Assembly: GCA_964353705.1 (NCBI GenBank)
Contig: CAYGXD010000004.1
Coordinates: forward strand, 4,820 to 68,819
Reading direction: 5' to 3'
Length of the DNA stretch: 64,000 nt
DNA from: an uncultured Eubacteriales bacterium
Lineage (GTDB): Bacteria; Acidobacteriota; Aminicenantia; Aminicenantales; UBA8522
Positions 27,798 through 36,945 of the stretch are shown here, piece by piece (within the stretch, counting starts at the first letter, position 1; the number at the start of each line of letters is the position of its first letter). A model generated the notes under the pieces. That model was not told where the DNA came from. It ran no database searches and was given only the letters and a program-made list of their open reading frames with translations. A program made the translations under genes and the position numbers.

Positions 27798-28580
27798 TCA
27801 CCGGCCGCGAAAGTCCGGCTTCCGTTTTTCCAAGAAGGCCTTCGCGCCTTCCTTGAAATCCTCGGTCGCGCAGGTGCGGCCGAAGATCTCCGCTTCGAGC
27901 TCCAGGCCTTCATCCAACTTCCCGTCCAGACCCCGGTTGATCGCCTCGATGGAGTAGGCGATGGCCAAGGGACCGTTTTTGATGGCCTCCTTGGCCAGGG
28001 CTTCGGCCGCAGACAGAAGCTCTGTCGCCGGAACGACCTTGTTGACAAGGCCGATCTCGGCGGCTTCTTTAGCCTCGACCATCCGGCCCGTCAGGATCAG
28101 CTCCATCGCCTTTCCCTTGCCGACCAGGCGGGTCAGCCTCTGGGTGCCGCCGTATCCCGGGATGATCCCCAGCTTGACCTCGGGTTGGCCGAACTTGGCG
28201 CTCTCCGAGGCCAGCCGGATGTGACAGGCCAAAGCGATCTCGGTGCCGCCTCCGAGCGCGTAGCCGTTGACCGCGGCGATCACCGGCTTAGGGAAATTCT
28301 CAATCAACCGGGTCAAGGCCTGGCCCTTCCGGGAAAAGTGCCGGCCCAGTTCGGCATCAAGCTGAACGAATTCACTGATGTCCGCGCCCGCGACAAAGGC
28401 CTTTTCTCCGGATCCCGTCAGGATAACCGCCCTGACGTCGGGGTCAGGCTCGAACTCAAGGAAAGCGGTCTTCAACTCTTCGATGGTCTCGACGTTCATG
28501 GCATTGAGCTTGTCCGGCCGGTTGACCGTGATCCAGCCGATCCCGCCGCTCGTTTTCGTCAGCAAGTTCTTATAAGTCAT
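27798..28580 (-). CDS. enoyl-CoA hydratase/isomerase (crotonase family)
   Basis: Crotonase fold motifs (AAVNGYALGGGTEIAL, LGIIPGYGGTQRL). Confidence 0.8.
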   Translation of the reverse strand: MTYKNLLTKTSGGIGWITVNRPDKLNAMNVETIEELKTAFLEFEPDPDVRAVILTGSGEKAFVAGADISEFVQLDAELGRHFSRKGQALTRLIENFPKPVIAAVNGYALGGGTEIALACHIRLASESAKFGQPEVKLGIIPGYGGTQRLTRLVGKGKAMELILTGRMVEAKEAAEIGLVNKVVPATELLSAAEALAKEAIKNGPLAIAYSIEAINRGLDGKLDEGLELEAEIFGRTCATEDFKEGAKAFLEKRKPDFRGR

Positions 28581-28745
28581 CGCTTTGCCTCTCCAGGATT
28601 TTTTCTTATTCTAACAGATTGGGACTATTTTTTCACCAGATTTTTCTCCTTCCAGAGGGCGGAACCCTGAAGATTCTTGTCAGATGGCTGGTTTTATGAT
28701 AATAAGAAAATTAGCCTTCCATCTCTCGCCACAAGGAGTCCGAAG

Positions 28746-31181
28746 ATGAAAAACAAAGCGGATTTTGAAGAGCTTCCCCCTGAGAAACTGCGCTGGAGGC
28801 TGGAGCCGGCGGCCGTGCCGTTCACGTCGACCAATGATTGCGAACCCTGTGGGGAGATCATCGGCCAGGAGCGCGCCCTCAAAGCTATCCAGACCGGTCT
28901 TGATATCAAGAGCCTCGGGTATAATATTTTTATTACCGGCATGGTCGGCACCGGCCGGACAACGACGATCAAGCAGTTACTGGAGAAGCTGGAAAAGGAA
29001 GATAAGACGCCGGACGACATCCTCTACGTCAACAACTTCAAAAATCCTGATGAACCGAGCCTGATCATGCTGGCCAGCGGCCAGGGCCGCCTCTTCAAGG
29101 AGGCGATGGATAACCTCATCGAAATGCTCCGCAGCAACATCCCCGAGCTCCTCAAGAGCAAGTATTATGCCGACAAGAGAGAGAGGATAATCGAGACCCA
29201 GCAGGTCAAACAGAAGGAGATCCTGCAGCGGTTCGAAGAAGAGGCCTCGGGCCAGGGGTTTTCGGTCGTTCAGGTCCAGATGGGGCTGTTCGTCAAGCCC
29301 GACCTCGTCCCGGTGATCGAGGACCGGGCCGTTTCTTTCCGCGAGCTCGAGGGGATGGTCAAGGATAAAAAGTTCGCCCAGAAAGACCTGGAGGCCCGGC
29401 AGAAAAAATACGGGGAGTTGACGTCCGAAATGGAGGGCGTCTTCGAGAAGCTGCGGGAGATCGATGAGGAGACGCGGACGCTCCTCAAGGCCTGGGACGC
29501 CGAGGCCATCACTCCGATCATCAAGGGCGAGGTCAACGGACTCCGGGAGAGATATCCTCAAGGCCCGATCTCTGAGTACCTCACCCATGTTGAAGAGAAC
29601 CTGATCGGCAATATCGAGCTCTTCAAAACCCAGAAAAAGGATGAAAAAGAAGACAAGAATAAGGAGCTCGGTGATGCCTTCCTGGAGTACCGGGTGAACC
29701 TGCTGGTCGACAACTCGGAAGTCAAGGGAGCTCCGGTGGTCATGGAGACAAACCCCAGCTACGTCAACCTCTTCGGGACGATCGAGTCCAGCGTCACCCG
29801 CCTCGGCGTCTGGCAGACCGATTTCACCAAGATAAAACCGGGCTCTTTCCTGAAGGCCAACGGCGGCTACCTGGTCATCAACGCCCTGGACGCCCTGATC
29901 GAGCCGGGCGTCTGGGCCACGCTCAAGAGGACCCTCCGCAACCAGATCTTCGAGATCCAGAACTACCTTTCCCTCTACCTGATCTCCACCACCCGGCTCA
30001 AGCCGCAGCCCATCAAGTCGAACGTCAAGGTCGTGATGATCGGAGACGTCAATGTCTATAACCTCCTCTTCTTCATGGACGAGGACTTTAAAAAGATCTT
30101 CAAGATCAAGGCCGAGTTCGACTCCGAGATGAACAAGGACGAGGGGACGATCCGCGACTACATGGGCTTCATTAAGAAGATCTGCGACGAGGACCACCTC
30201 CTTCCCATGGACAAGGGCGGGATGGCGGCCCTCATCGAATACGGCACCCGGGTCGCCGGGCGGCAGAAAAAAGTGTCCACCCGTTTCCACATCCTGGCCG
30301 ACGTGATCCGGGAATCCAGCTATTGGGCCAAGCTGGACAAAAAGGAAGTCATCGGGCGGGAGAACGTGGAAAAGGCCGTGCTGGAGCGCTTCGAACGGGT
30401 CAGCCTGCTCGAGGACAAGGTCCAGGAAATGATCGAGGAAGGCACGATCCTGATCGACACGGAAGGCCGGGAGGTCGGCCAGGTGAACGGGCTGTCGGTC
30501 TATGACATGGGGCAGTTTTCGTTCGGCAAGCCGACCCGCATCACGGCCAGGACGGCGGTGGGCCGGGCCGGCGTCATCAACATCGAACGGGAAGCGGACA
30601 TGAGCGGCCCGACCCATAACAAAGGAGTCCTTATCCTCGGCGGCTACATGAGAGGAAAATACGCCCAGAGAAAACCCTTCTCGCTTTCCGCCAGCATCGC
30701 CTTCGAACAGTCCTACTCCGGCGTCGACGGCGACAGCGCCTCCTCGACCGAGGTCTACGCCATCCTCTCGAGCCTTTCCCGGCTGCCCCTCCGCCAGGAC
30801 ATCGCCGTCACCGGGTCGATCAACCAGAAAGGGGAAATCCAGCCCATCGGCGGCGTCAACGAGAAGATCGAGGGGTTTTTTGATGTCTGCCGGGCCAAAG
30901 GGCTGACCGGAACCCAAGGCGTAATCATCCCCAATCAAAACATCCAAAACCTGATGCTGCGGCAGGACGTCGTCCAATCGGTGGCGGAGAAAAAATTCCA
31001 TGTCTATCCGATCGGCAAGGTCGATGAGGGAATGGAAATATTGACCGGAGTCGCGGCCGGCGCGGCCCGTGAGGACGGGACCTTTGAAGAGGGCACCGTG
31101 AACTCCCTGGTGGACCAGGAGCTGCTGCGTCTGGCCGCCTCCTGGAAGGGCTTCGCCGGCCCGGCCGACAAAGAAACATAG
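28746..31181 (+). CDS. LonC-type Lon-like protease (AAA-like domain with a helical insertion, plus a C-terminal S16 Ser-Lys protease domain)
   Basis: An AAGGAG Shine-Dalgarno lies 8 nt before the ATG at 28746. The Walker-A-like motif is GMVGTGRTT, with Lys replaced by Arg. A long helical insertion interrupts the AAA-like domain. The C-terminal domain has the Lon protease GDSAS serine motif and a downstream Lys. The ORF-track start at 28677 is probably an alternative upstream codon. Confidence 0.7.
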   Translation: MKNKADFEELPPEKLRWRLEPAAVPFTSTNDCEPCGEIIGQERALKAIQTGLDIKSLGYNIFITGMVGTGRTTTIKQLLEKLEKEDKTPDDILYVNNFKNPDEPSLIMLASGQGRLFKEAMDNLIEMLRSNIPELLKSKYYADKRERIIETQQVKQKEILQRFEEEASGQGFSVVQVQMGLFVKPDLVPVIEDRAVSFRELEGMVKDKKFAQKDLEARQKKYGELTSEMEGVFEKLREIDEETRTLLKAWDAEAITPIIKGEVNGLRERYPQGPISEYLTHVEENLIGNIELFKTQKKDEKEDKNKELGDAFLEYRVNLLVDNSEVKGAPVVMETNPSYVNLFGTIESSVTRLGVWQTDFTKIKPGSFLKANGGYLVINALDALIEPGVWATLKRTLRNQIFEIQNYLSLYLISTTRLKPQPIKSNVKVVMIGDVNVYNLLFFMDEDFKKIFKIKAEFDSEMNKDEGTIRDYMGFIKKICDEDHLLPMDKGGMAALIEYGTRVAGRQKKVSTRFHILADVIRESSYWAKLDKKEVIGRENVEKAVLERFERVSLLEDKVQEMIEEGTILIDTEGREVGQVNGLSVYDMGQFSFGKPTRITARTAVGRAGVINIEREADMSGPTHNKGVLILGGYMRGKYAQRKPFSLSASIAFEQSYSGVDGDSASSTEVYAILSSLSRLPLRQDIAVTGSINQKGEIQPIGGVNEKIEGFFDVCRAKGLTGTQGVIIPNQNIQNLMLRQDVVQSVAEKKFHVYPIGKVDEGMEILTGVAAGAAREDGTFEEGTVNSLVDQELLRLAASWKGFAGPADKET

Positions 31182-31182
31182 A

Positions 31183-31908
31183 TCAGGCGAGATTGACCAG
31201 GGTTTTGAGGCGGCGGACCTCGCGCGGTTCCAGGTGCCGCCACTGCCCGGGCTTCAAGTCCATAAGGGAGAGTCCGGCGAACTCGATCCGCCGCAATCCC
31301 AAAACGGGATGGCCGACTGCCCGGCACATCTCCCGGACTTCCCTTTTTCTCCCCTCTTGAAGCTCGAGCCGCAGCCAGCTCGATTTCTGTCCTGGAGCCA
31401 AGAGGGCGGCCTTGGCAGGGGCCGTTTTCTCCCCTTCCAGATAGACACCCCTCTCCAGCCGGCGGAGAGCGTCCTTGTCCGGTGCTCCCCGGACTTTGGC
31501 CACATACACTTTTTTGACTCCGAAACGGGGATGGGAAAGGCGGTAGGCCAGCTCGCCGTCGTTGGTGAGGAGGAGAAGCCCTTCGCTGTCTAAATCGAGT
31601 CGGCCGACCGGAAAGATCCGGCCCAGCGAGGCCGGGAGCCAGCGCTTGATCGTAGGGCGATCAAAGGGGTCTTTAAGGGTTACCAGGTACCCGGCCGGTT
31701 TGTTGAACAGGACATAAACGGGTTTCGTCTGGGCCTGAATCCGTCGGCCGTCGACCTGGACGATATCCCGTTCTTCGTCAACCTTGGCCCCGAGCTCGTC
31801 GATGACCCTGTTATTGACCGAAACGCGGCCTTCCACAATCCAGCGGTCGGCCTCACGCCGCGAGGCCACCCCCGCCAACGAAAGATATTTATTAAGCCGG
31901 ACAGCCAA
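31183..31908 (-). CDS. pseudouridine synthase, RsuA/RluB family (S4 domain + PseudoU_synth_2)
   Basis: S4 domain (RLNKYLSLAGVASRREADRWI) and the catalytic loop (GRLDLDSEGLLLLTNDG). The start is called at an internal TTG so that the S4 domain begins the protein; the longer ORF would overlap the upstream OMP gene. Confidence 0.65.
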   Translation of the reverse strand: MAVRLNKYLSLAGVASRREADRWIVEGRVSVNNRVIDELGAKVDEERDIVQVDGRRIQAQTKPVYVLFNKPAGYLVTLKDPFDRPTIKRWLPASLGRIFPVGRLDLDSEGLLLLTNDGELAYRLSHPRFGVKKVYVAKVRGAPDKDALRRLERGVYLEGEKTAPAKAALLAPGQKSSWLRLELQEGRKREVREMCRAVGHPVLGLRRIEFAGLSLMDLKPGQWRHLEPREVRRLKTLVNLA

Positions 31909-31922
31909 AAGTCCCAGGACGA

Positions 31923-32477
31923 TCAGAAATGGATGTTGAGACCGAAATGGAGGTCCAGCCCGCCGAAATCCCACTCCAGGTTTTCGAATACGACGGAGAA
32001 ATCCGTGTACTTAACCTCGCCGAAGATCCCGAGCTTGCCCAACCTCACCTCAAGGCCGGCACCGACATTCCAGCCCCAGTCCGATTCCTTGCCGATGTCA
32101 TTCAGGTCGACCGAATACGTTCCATAGCCGACCGTGAGATAGGGGTAAATTATGGCCAGCGGAATCCCCAGCTTTCCGGCGACACCGAAATAATTATAAT
32201 CCATCGGCTGTTCAAGGTCCTCCATGGAGGTTTCGCCAAAAAGAGTATGGTCGGCATGGTAGAACTGCCCCTCGAGGGCAAAGGCGAAGAACCTAACCCC
32301 GAGTTGGGCTCCATAGAAGAACGTGGAATCCCGGTCAAATTCGATCTCGCCCGCTTTGGCGTCCTGGTTGGTCCAGCCACCCCTGGCACCCAGGTAGATC
32401 TGGGCGGTGGCCGGGACAGAGGCGAGGGCCAGGAGAAGGAGGCCGCAGATGGCCAAATGACAGAGTTGCTTTTTCAT
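31923..32477 (-). CDS. outer-membrane beta-barrel protein (OmpA-like N-terminal / porin-family small barrel)
   Basis: Signal peptide, alternating amphipathic beta-strands, and a C-terminal aromatic residue (...GLNIHF). Confidence 0.55.
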   Translation of the reverse strand: MKKQLCHLAICGLLLLALASVPATAQIYLGARGGWTNQDAKAGEIEFDRDSTFFYGAQLGVRFFAFALEGQFYHADHTLFGETSMEDLEQPMDYNYFGVAGKLGIPLAIIYPYLTVGYGTYSVDLNDIGKESDWGWNVGAGLEVRLGKLGIFGEVKYTDFSVVFENLEWDFGGLDLHFGLNIHF

Positions 32478-32504
32478 AATTTCCTCCTGAATCGAACCAT
32501 ATAT

Positions 32505-33137
32505 TTAATCGAAAGAGCGAGGTTTGGCCAGGACTTCAAGGATTCTCAAGTCAAAAAAGGTTTGGGCGTTGGCCGGCCGGAGGAAAAGCGCCGTATCGGC
32601 CCCCGAGTCCGACCCGCCGACGGAGATACAGGGCTCTTGTGTGGAAATCAAGCCGGAGTCGGCCGCCATGAGGCTGATCTCTACGGCCACTTTCGTCCCT
32701 TCGCCGAAGACGCGGAGGGAATAAGCGATGATCTCGTCCAGCTCATAAGTGGCCAGTTTTTTACGGACCGCCCGGTTCACGCCGCCGAAGGCGTGCTGGC
32801 AGGTGAGAATCTTCCCCCCGAGAGCCTCGATCTTTCGGCGCAGGGCGGGCCTGAGCTCTTGGACGTCAGCCCCCATGAAACCCGTGGAATGGGTGACGAC
32901 GACCAGGTTCTTCCCCTGAAAAAGCAAGGCGGCCAGGGCACCCGTCCTCCCGGAGCTCGAGGCCACGACGATATTCCGGACTCCGAGCTCGTCCGCCCGG
33001 GCGGCGGCGATCTCGAGCGTCCGGCGGGTATTCTGCGGCCCCGGCTTTTCGAAATAAAGGCAGGGGACAATCACATCACCGCGGCTAATTTTTTTCCCGG
33101 TCATTTGTGTTCGCCTTTCAAAGACGCCCATCTTCAT
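32505..33137 (-). CDS. pyruvate kinase C-terminal (alpha/beta) domain-like stand-alone protein
   Basis: The sequence resembles the PK C-terminal domain (NIVVASSSGRTGALAA...VVTHSTGF). The start is uncertain: the ORF-track start is a TTG, and I prefer the ATG at 33137 (MKMGVF). Confidence 0.4.
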   Translation of the reverse strand: MKMGVFERRTQMTGKKISRGDVIVPCLYFEKPGPQNTRRTLEIAAARADELGVRNIVVASSSGRTGALAALLFQGKNLVVVTHSTGFMGADVQELRPALRRKIEALGGKILTCQHAFGGVNRAVRKKLATYELDEIIAYSLRVFGEGTKVAVEISLMAADSGLISTQEPCISVGGSDSGADTALFLRPANAQTFFDLRILEVLAKPRSFD

Positions 33138-33233
33138 TTTCACCAGCGGTCCTTCCTTTGTCAAGCTCTCATGACACTTAGAACTGCAGTTTCAGTCCCC
33201 CGTATAGTATAATAAGCACAGGATATATACCCG

Positions 33234-34469
33234 ATGGCGCGCGCCAACCTGGGCGAATCGTTCTCCATGTCGATGGGGTCGCTCTGGGCCAACAAGCTCA
33301 GGACCTTCTTGACCCTGCTCGGCATCATCATCGGGGTACTGACGATAGTCGCGGTCGTCTCGGTGATCCAGGGTCTCAACAAGTATGTCTACACCAAGAT
33401 GTCCTTTTTCGGCGCCAACGACTTTTCCGTCAGCAAGTTCTCGATGTTCGGGACGTCCCTCAAGGAATTCCGGGAACAAATGAAACGAAAGGACCTCACC
33501 CTGAATGAGATGGAGCTCCTGCGCCGGGAATGCCGGAGCTGCGAGCTCGTCGGGGCCGGAACCGAAACGAGGCGGACGGTCAAAGCCGGAAGCCAATCCC
33601 TGAAGAATGTCGATATCCTGGGGGTGACCTACCTCGACAGCCTCATCGGCTCGGTCGTGGAGCTCGAGGCCGGCCGCCACCTTCAGAAGGAGGACGAAAC
33701 CCGGTCCCGGCCGGTCTGCGTCGTCGGGTTCGATATCAAAGATAGGCTCTTCCCCTATACCGACCCGGTAGGCCAATGGATCAAGGTCGGCGCGGACAAT
33801 TTCTTGGTCGTCGGCCTGGGAAAGAAGCAAGGGAAGCTCCTGGGGATGAGCCAGGACGGCTATGTCCGAATACCCATCACAACCTTTATGAAAAACTATG
33901 GGGCCCGCCGCAGTGTCGACATCAACGTGCATACGAGTTCCCAGGCGCAGATGAAGGAAGCCCAGGAAGAGGTCAGGACCCTGCTCCGCTCCGCCCGCCA
34001 TCGGACCTTTCAGGAAGAGGACGATTTTTCCTTCCGGACTTCGGAAACATTCATCCAATTCTATAAAAACGCCACCTCGGGCATCTATTTCGCCATGATC
34101 GCCATTTCCTCGATCGCCCTGCTCGTCGGCGGGATCGTCGTCATGAACATCATGCTCGTCTCCGTGAGCGAGCGGACCAAGGAGATCGGCATCCGCATGG
34201 CGGTGGGCGCCCGGCGCCGGGATATCCTCGTCCAGTTCCTGATCGAATCGGCGGTTATCTCCGGCACGGGCGGGCTTATAGGAATCCTGTTCGGCCTCGC
34301 CCTGGCCAAAATCGTCTCGGCCTCCACTTCCCTGCCTTCGACCGTTGACCCGGTCTCGATCGTCATGGCCATCGTCCTGTCCACTTCCATCGGACTCTTC
34401 TTCGGCATTTATCCGGCCAACAGAGCGGCCAAGCTGAATCCTGTCGAAGCCCTGAGGTCCGAGCAATGA
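33234..34469 (+). CDS. FtsX-family (MacB-type) ABC transporter permease
   Basis: N-terminal TM segment, a periplasmic MacB_PCD-like domain, and three C-terminal TM segments (VMNIMLVSVSERTKEIGIRMAVGA). Confidence 0.75.
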   Translation: MARANLGESFSMSMGSLWANKLRTFLTLLGIIIGVLTIVAVVSVIQGLNKYVYTKMSFFGANDFSVSKFSMFGTSLKEFREQMKRKDLTLNEMELLRRECRSCELVGAGTETRRTVKAGSQSLKNVDILGVTYLDSLIGSVVELEAGRHLQKEDETRSRPVCVVGFDIKDRLFPYTDPVGQWIKVGADNFLVVGLGKKQGKLLGMSQDGYVRIPITTFMKNYGARRSVDINVHTSSQAQMKEAQEEVRTLLRSARHRTFQEEDDFSFRTSETFIQFYKNATSGIYFAMIAISSIALLVGGIVVMNIMLVSVSERTKEIGIRMAVGARRRDILVQFLIESAVISGTGGLIGILFGLALAKIVSASTSLPSTVDPVSIVMAIVLSTSIGLFFGIYPANRAAKLNPVEALRSEQ

Positions 34470-35713
34470 GGACCGGCATCCTGGGAGAGATCGTGCGCAT
34501 GGCCGTAGACTCCCTGAAAAATCATAAGATGCGGTCGTTCCTCACGATCCTGGGGATCGTCATCGGGGTCATGACGGTGATCGGCATGGTGTCCGTCATC
34601 CAGGGACTCAACCGCTCCTTTCTCCGGGAACTCGAATCGGTCGGCTCCGACCTGATCATCGTCGGCAAGTTCGAGCCGGGCGCGCCTTTTGGCCGCCGGC
34701 CCGAGGAAGAGAGGCAGCGAAAAAACCTGACCTTCGACGACGCCATGGCCTTGAAGAGCGAGAGCCTTCTCGTAAAGGCCGTGGCCGTCCAGCTCATGGT
34801 GAATTTTTTCGAGAATATCCCGATCAAGTATCAGAACATAAGAAGCGAGGAATCCATCATCCTGGGCTTCAATGAACAGTATCCCCAGGTCCTTTCGGTC
34901 TATCAGCCTGAGCGGGGCCGGTTCCTGAGCGAATCCGATGTCCGGAGAAGCGCCAAAGTCTGTGTCCTGGGATTCGACCTGGCGGAAACCCTCTTCCCCC
35001 ATATCAACCCCTTGGGCAAAGAGATCCGGCTCGGCGCCGAAGCCTTCCAGGTCGTCGGCGTACTCCAGAAAAGAGGGGCGATGTTCGGCCGCAGCCAGGA
35101 CAACTTCGCCGGCATCCCCATCACGACGCTGATGAAATATTTTCCGTATGACCTGGAGCAACTTCAGATAATCGTCACCCCCAAAAAGCACGGCTATATC
35201 ACGGAAACCATCGAAGACATCACCAACATCCTGCGCCGGAGGCGGAAGGTCGGGTTCGGGAAACCGAACGACTTTTCCGTCTTCACCCAGGACACGATGA
35301 TCGGCTTGTACAATCAGATCACGGGCGCCGCTTACCTGGTGATGGTGGTCATCTCGTCGATCGGACTCCTCGTCGGGGGGATCGGGGTCATGAACATCAT
35401 GCTCGTTTCGGTCAAGGAGAGGACCCGGGAGATCGGCATCCGCAAGGCCATCGGGGCGCGTTCGGCCGACATCCTCAGGCAGTTTTTGTTTGAGGCTATC
35501 TTCCTGACCGGGACGGGCGGCATCCTGGGCATCATCCTCGGATTCCTTATCTCGCTGCTGGTCAAAGCGGCGACCCCCCTCCCCGCGTCGGTCACGTCCT
35601 GGTCGGTCGTCCTTGGGTTTGTTGTATCCGTATCCGTGGGGCTTTTTTTCGGCATCTTTCCCGCCCGGAAGGCGGCCCGCCTCGATCCCATCATCTCGCT
35701 CCGGTATGAATAG
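34466..35713 (+). CDS. FtsX-family (MacB-type) ABC transporter permease (paralog)
   Basis: Same architecture as the upstream gene, overlapping it by 4 nt (ATGA). Motif VMNIMLVSVKERTREIGIRKAIGA. Confidence 0.75.
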   Translation: MRTGILGEIVRMAVDSLKNHKMRSFLTILGIVIGVMTVIGMVSVIQGLNRSFLRELESVGSDLIIVGKFEPGAPFGRRPEEERQRKNLTFDDAMALKSESLLVKAVAVQLMVNFFENIPIKYQNIRSEESIILGFNEQYPQVLSVYQPERGRFLSESDVRRSAKVCVLGFDLAETLFPHINPLGKEIRLGAEAFQVVGVLQKRGAMFGRSQDNFAGIPITTLMKYFPYDLEQLQIIVTPKKHGYITETIEDITNILRRRRKVGFGKPNDFSVFTQDTMIGLYNQITGAAYLVMVVISSIGLLVGGIGVMNIMLVSVKERTREIGIRKAIGARSADILRQFLFEAIFLTGTGGILGIILGFLISLLVKAATPLPASVTSWSVVLGFVVSVSVGLFFGIFPARKAARLDPIISLRYE

Positions 35714-35739
35714 CGGGCGATCCGTCGTTTAAAAAGCCG

Positions 35740-36945
35740 CTATTTTCTCTCCAGACCGGGAAGCTTCGTCTTGAGATATCCCTCGGCGGCGGCCAGGATG
35801 CCTTCGAGCTCCGGGCCTTTCTCGGCCACGATCTCCACGAGGGTTGAGCCTCCCCCTCCCTTTCCTTTGACCCGCTCCATAACGACGGGCACCAGCTCGC
35901 GCAGGTTGAGCGGCATCTTCTCAGAGCAGGCGAAAATGAAGTGGTCTCTTTCGGCACCCCGGACCGCAAAAAGGACGGCGCGCTCGGCCAGGCGGACGAT
36001 GTGAAGGGCCAGGAGTTTGACCTCTTCGGCCGTCTTCTCGGTCCAGACCCTTTTGACCAGCCAGCCGGCTTCCCTCTCGATCGTCTCACTTGCCTCGAAC
36101 CCGGCCAGAGCCTCCTGGAGCCGCCTCAACCTTTTCCGTGATTGCCTGGCTTCCTGAATCGTCTTCTCAACGGCCGTAGGGGCGTCTCTCTCATGAACCG
36201 AAAACTTCTGGCTGATCTCCAAGAGAATCCGGTTCTTGTCCCTGTAATCCTGCCTGGCCCGCCAACCACAGAGGAATTCGAAGCGCAGGTTATTCCGGAT
36301 CTTGTCCCAGCGGATGATCTTGATCAGGCCGATCTCCCCCGTCCTCCGGCAATGGGTCCCGCCGCAGGCGGAAAAATCAAACCCGCTGACTTCGACCACC
36401 CGGATCGTCCCTTCTTTCTTGGGGGGCCGGCGCAGCGGCACGGAACCTAGGCTCTCCGGGGGAACGAAATAGGTCCTTATCTCCCGGTCCTCGAAGACGA
36501 CCTTGTTGGCCCTGGACTCGACTTTTTCCAAGTCTGCGTCCGAGATTTCCCCAATCCCGATCTCCAGGGTCGAAACCTGATCTCCCAGATGAAAGGATTG
36601 GGTTTCGCCGTCCCGGACCTCGACGAAGCACTGGGAGAGGACGTGCTGGCCGGAATGCTGCTGCATATGGTCAAAACGACGGTCCCAATCGAGGACGCCC
36701 CGGACATCGTCTGACCCGCTCAATTCCCGGTCCAGAAGATGGACGACCCTCTCTCCGTCCTCAAAGACATGGAGGACGCCCGCCCCGCCGAGTGTCCCCC
36801 GGTCGGCGGGCTGGCCTCCGGACTCCGGGTAGAATCCGGTCTGGTCGAGGACGATGGCCGGCCGGCCTTCGCGGACGAACCTTTCCTCGACCTGGGCGTC
36901 AAACTCTTTTAGATAGGCATCCTCGAAATAGAGCTTTTTCGTCAC
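35740..36945 (-). CDS. alaX: alanyl-tRNA editing protein AlaX-L type (tRNA-SAD + DHHA1 domains)
   Basis: AlaRS editing-domain motifs (HSGQHVL, CGGTHC) and a C-terminal DHHA1 domain (GKGGGGS). Confidence 0.7.
   Translation of the reverse strand: MTKKLYFEDAYLKEFDAQVEERFVREGRPAIVLDQTGFYPESGGQPADRGTLGGAGVLHVFEDGERVVHLLDRELSGSDDVRGVLDWDRRFDHMQQHSGQHVLSQCFVEVRDGETQSFHLGDQVSTLEIGIGEISDADLEKVESRANKVVFEDREIRTYFVPPESLGSVPLRRPPKKEGTIRVVEVSGFDFSACGGTHCRRTGEIGLIKIIRWDKIRNNLRFEFLCGWRARQDYRDKNRILLEISQKFSVHERDAPTAVEKTIQEARQSRKRLRRLQEALAGFEASETIEREAGWLVKRVWTEKTAEEVKLLALHIVRLAERAVLFAVRGAERDHFIFACSEKMPLNLRELVPVVMERVKGKGGGGSTLVEIVAEKGPELEGILAAAEGYLKTKLPGLERK

Noticed and set aside
28677-28745. Upstream extension of the Lon-like ORF (MSDGWFYDNKKISLPS...)
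   Set aside because: No ribosome-binding site precedes it, whereas AAGGAG sits 8 nt before the ATG at 28746. The extension lies in an AT-rich region that looks like a promoter/leader.
28977-31001. 674-aa ORF on the minus strand, entirely antisense to the Lon-like protease gene
   Set aside because: Its composition is dominated by D/L/V/G/E/R, as expected when a GC-rich sense frame is read in reverse. It has no motifs, and no Shine-Dalgarno or start context. The sense-strand gene has clear domain homology. This is a typical high-GC antisense artefact.
28746-31181. Possibility that the Lon-like protein is BREX BrxL, i.e. a phage-defence island
   Set aside because: No pglZ, pglX, brxA/B/C, methyltransferase or other defence genes occur within 10 kb on either side. 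The flanking genes are housekeeping, and the degenerate P-loop plus the long helical insertion fit chromosomal LonC-type proteins better.
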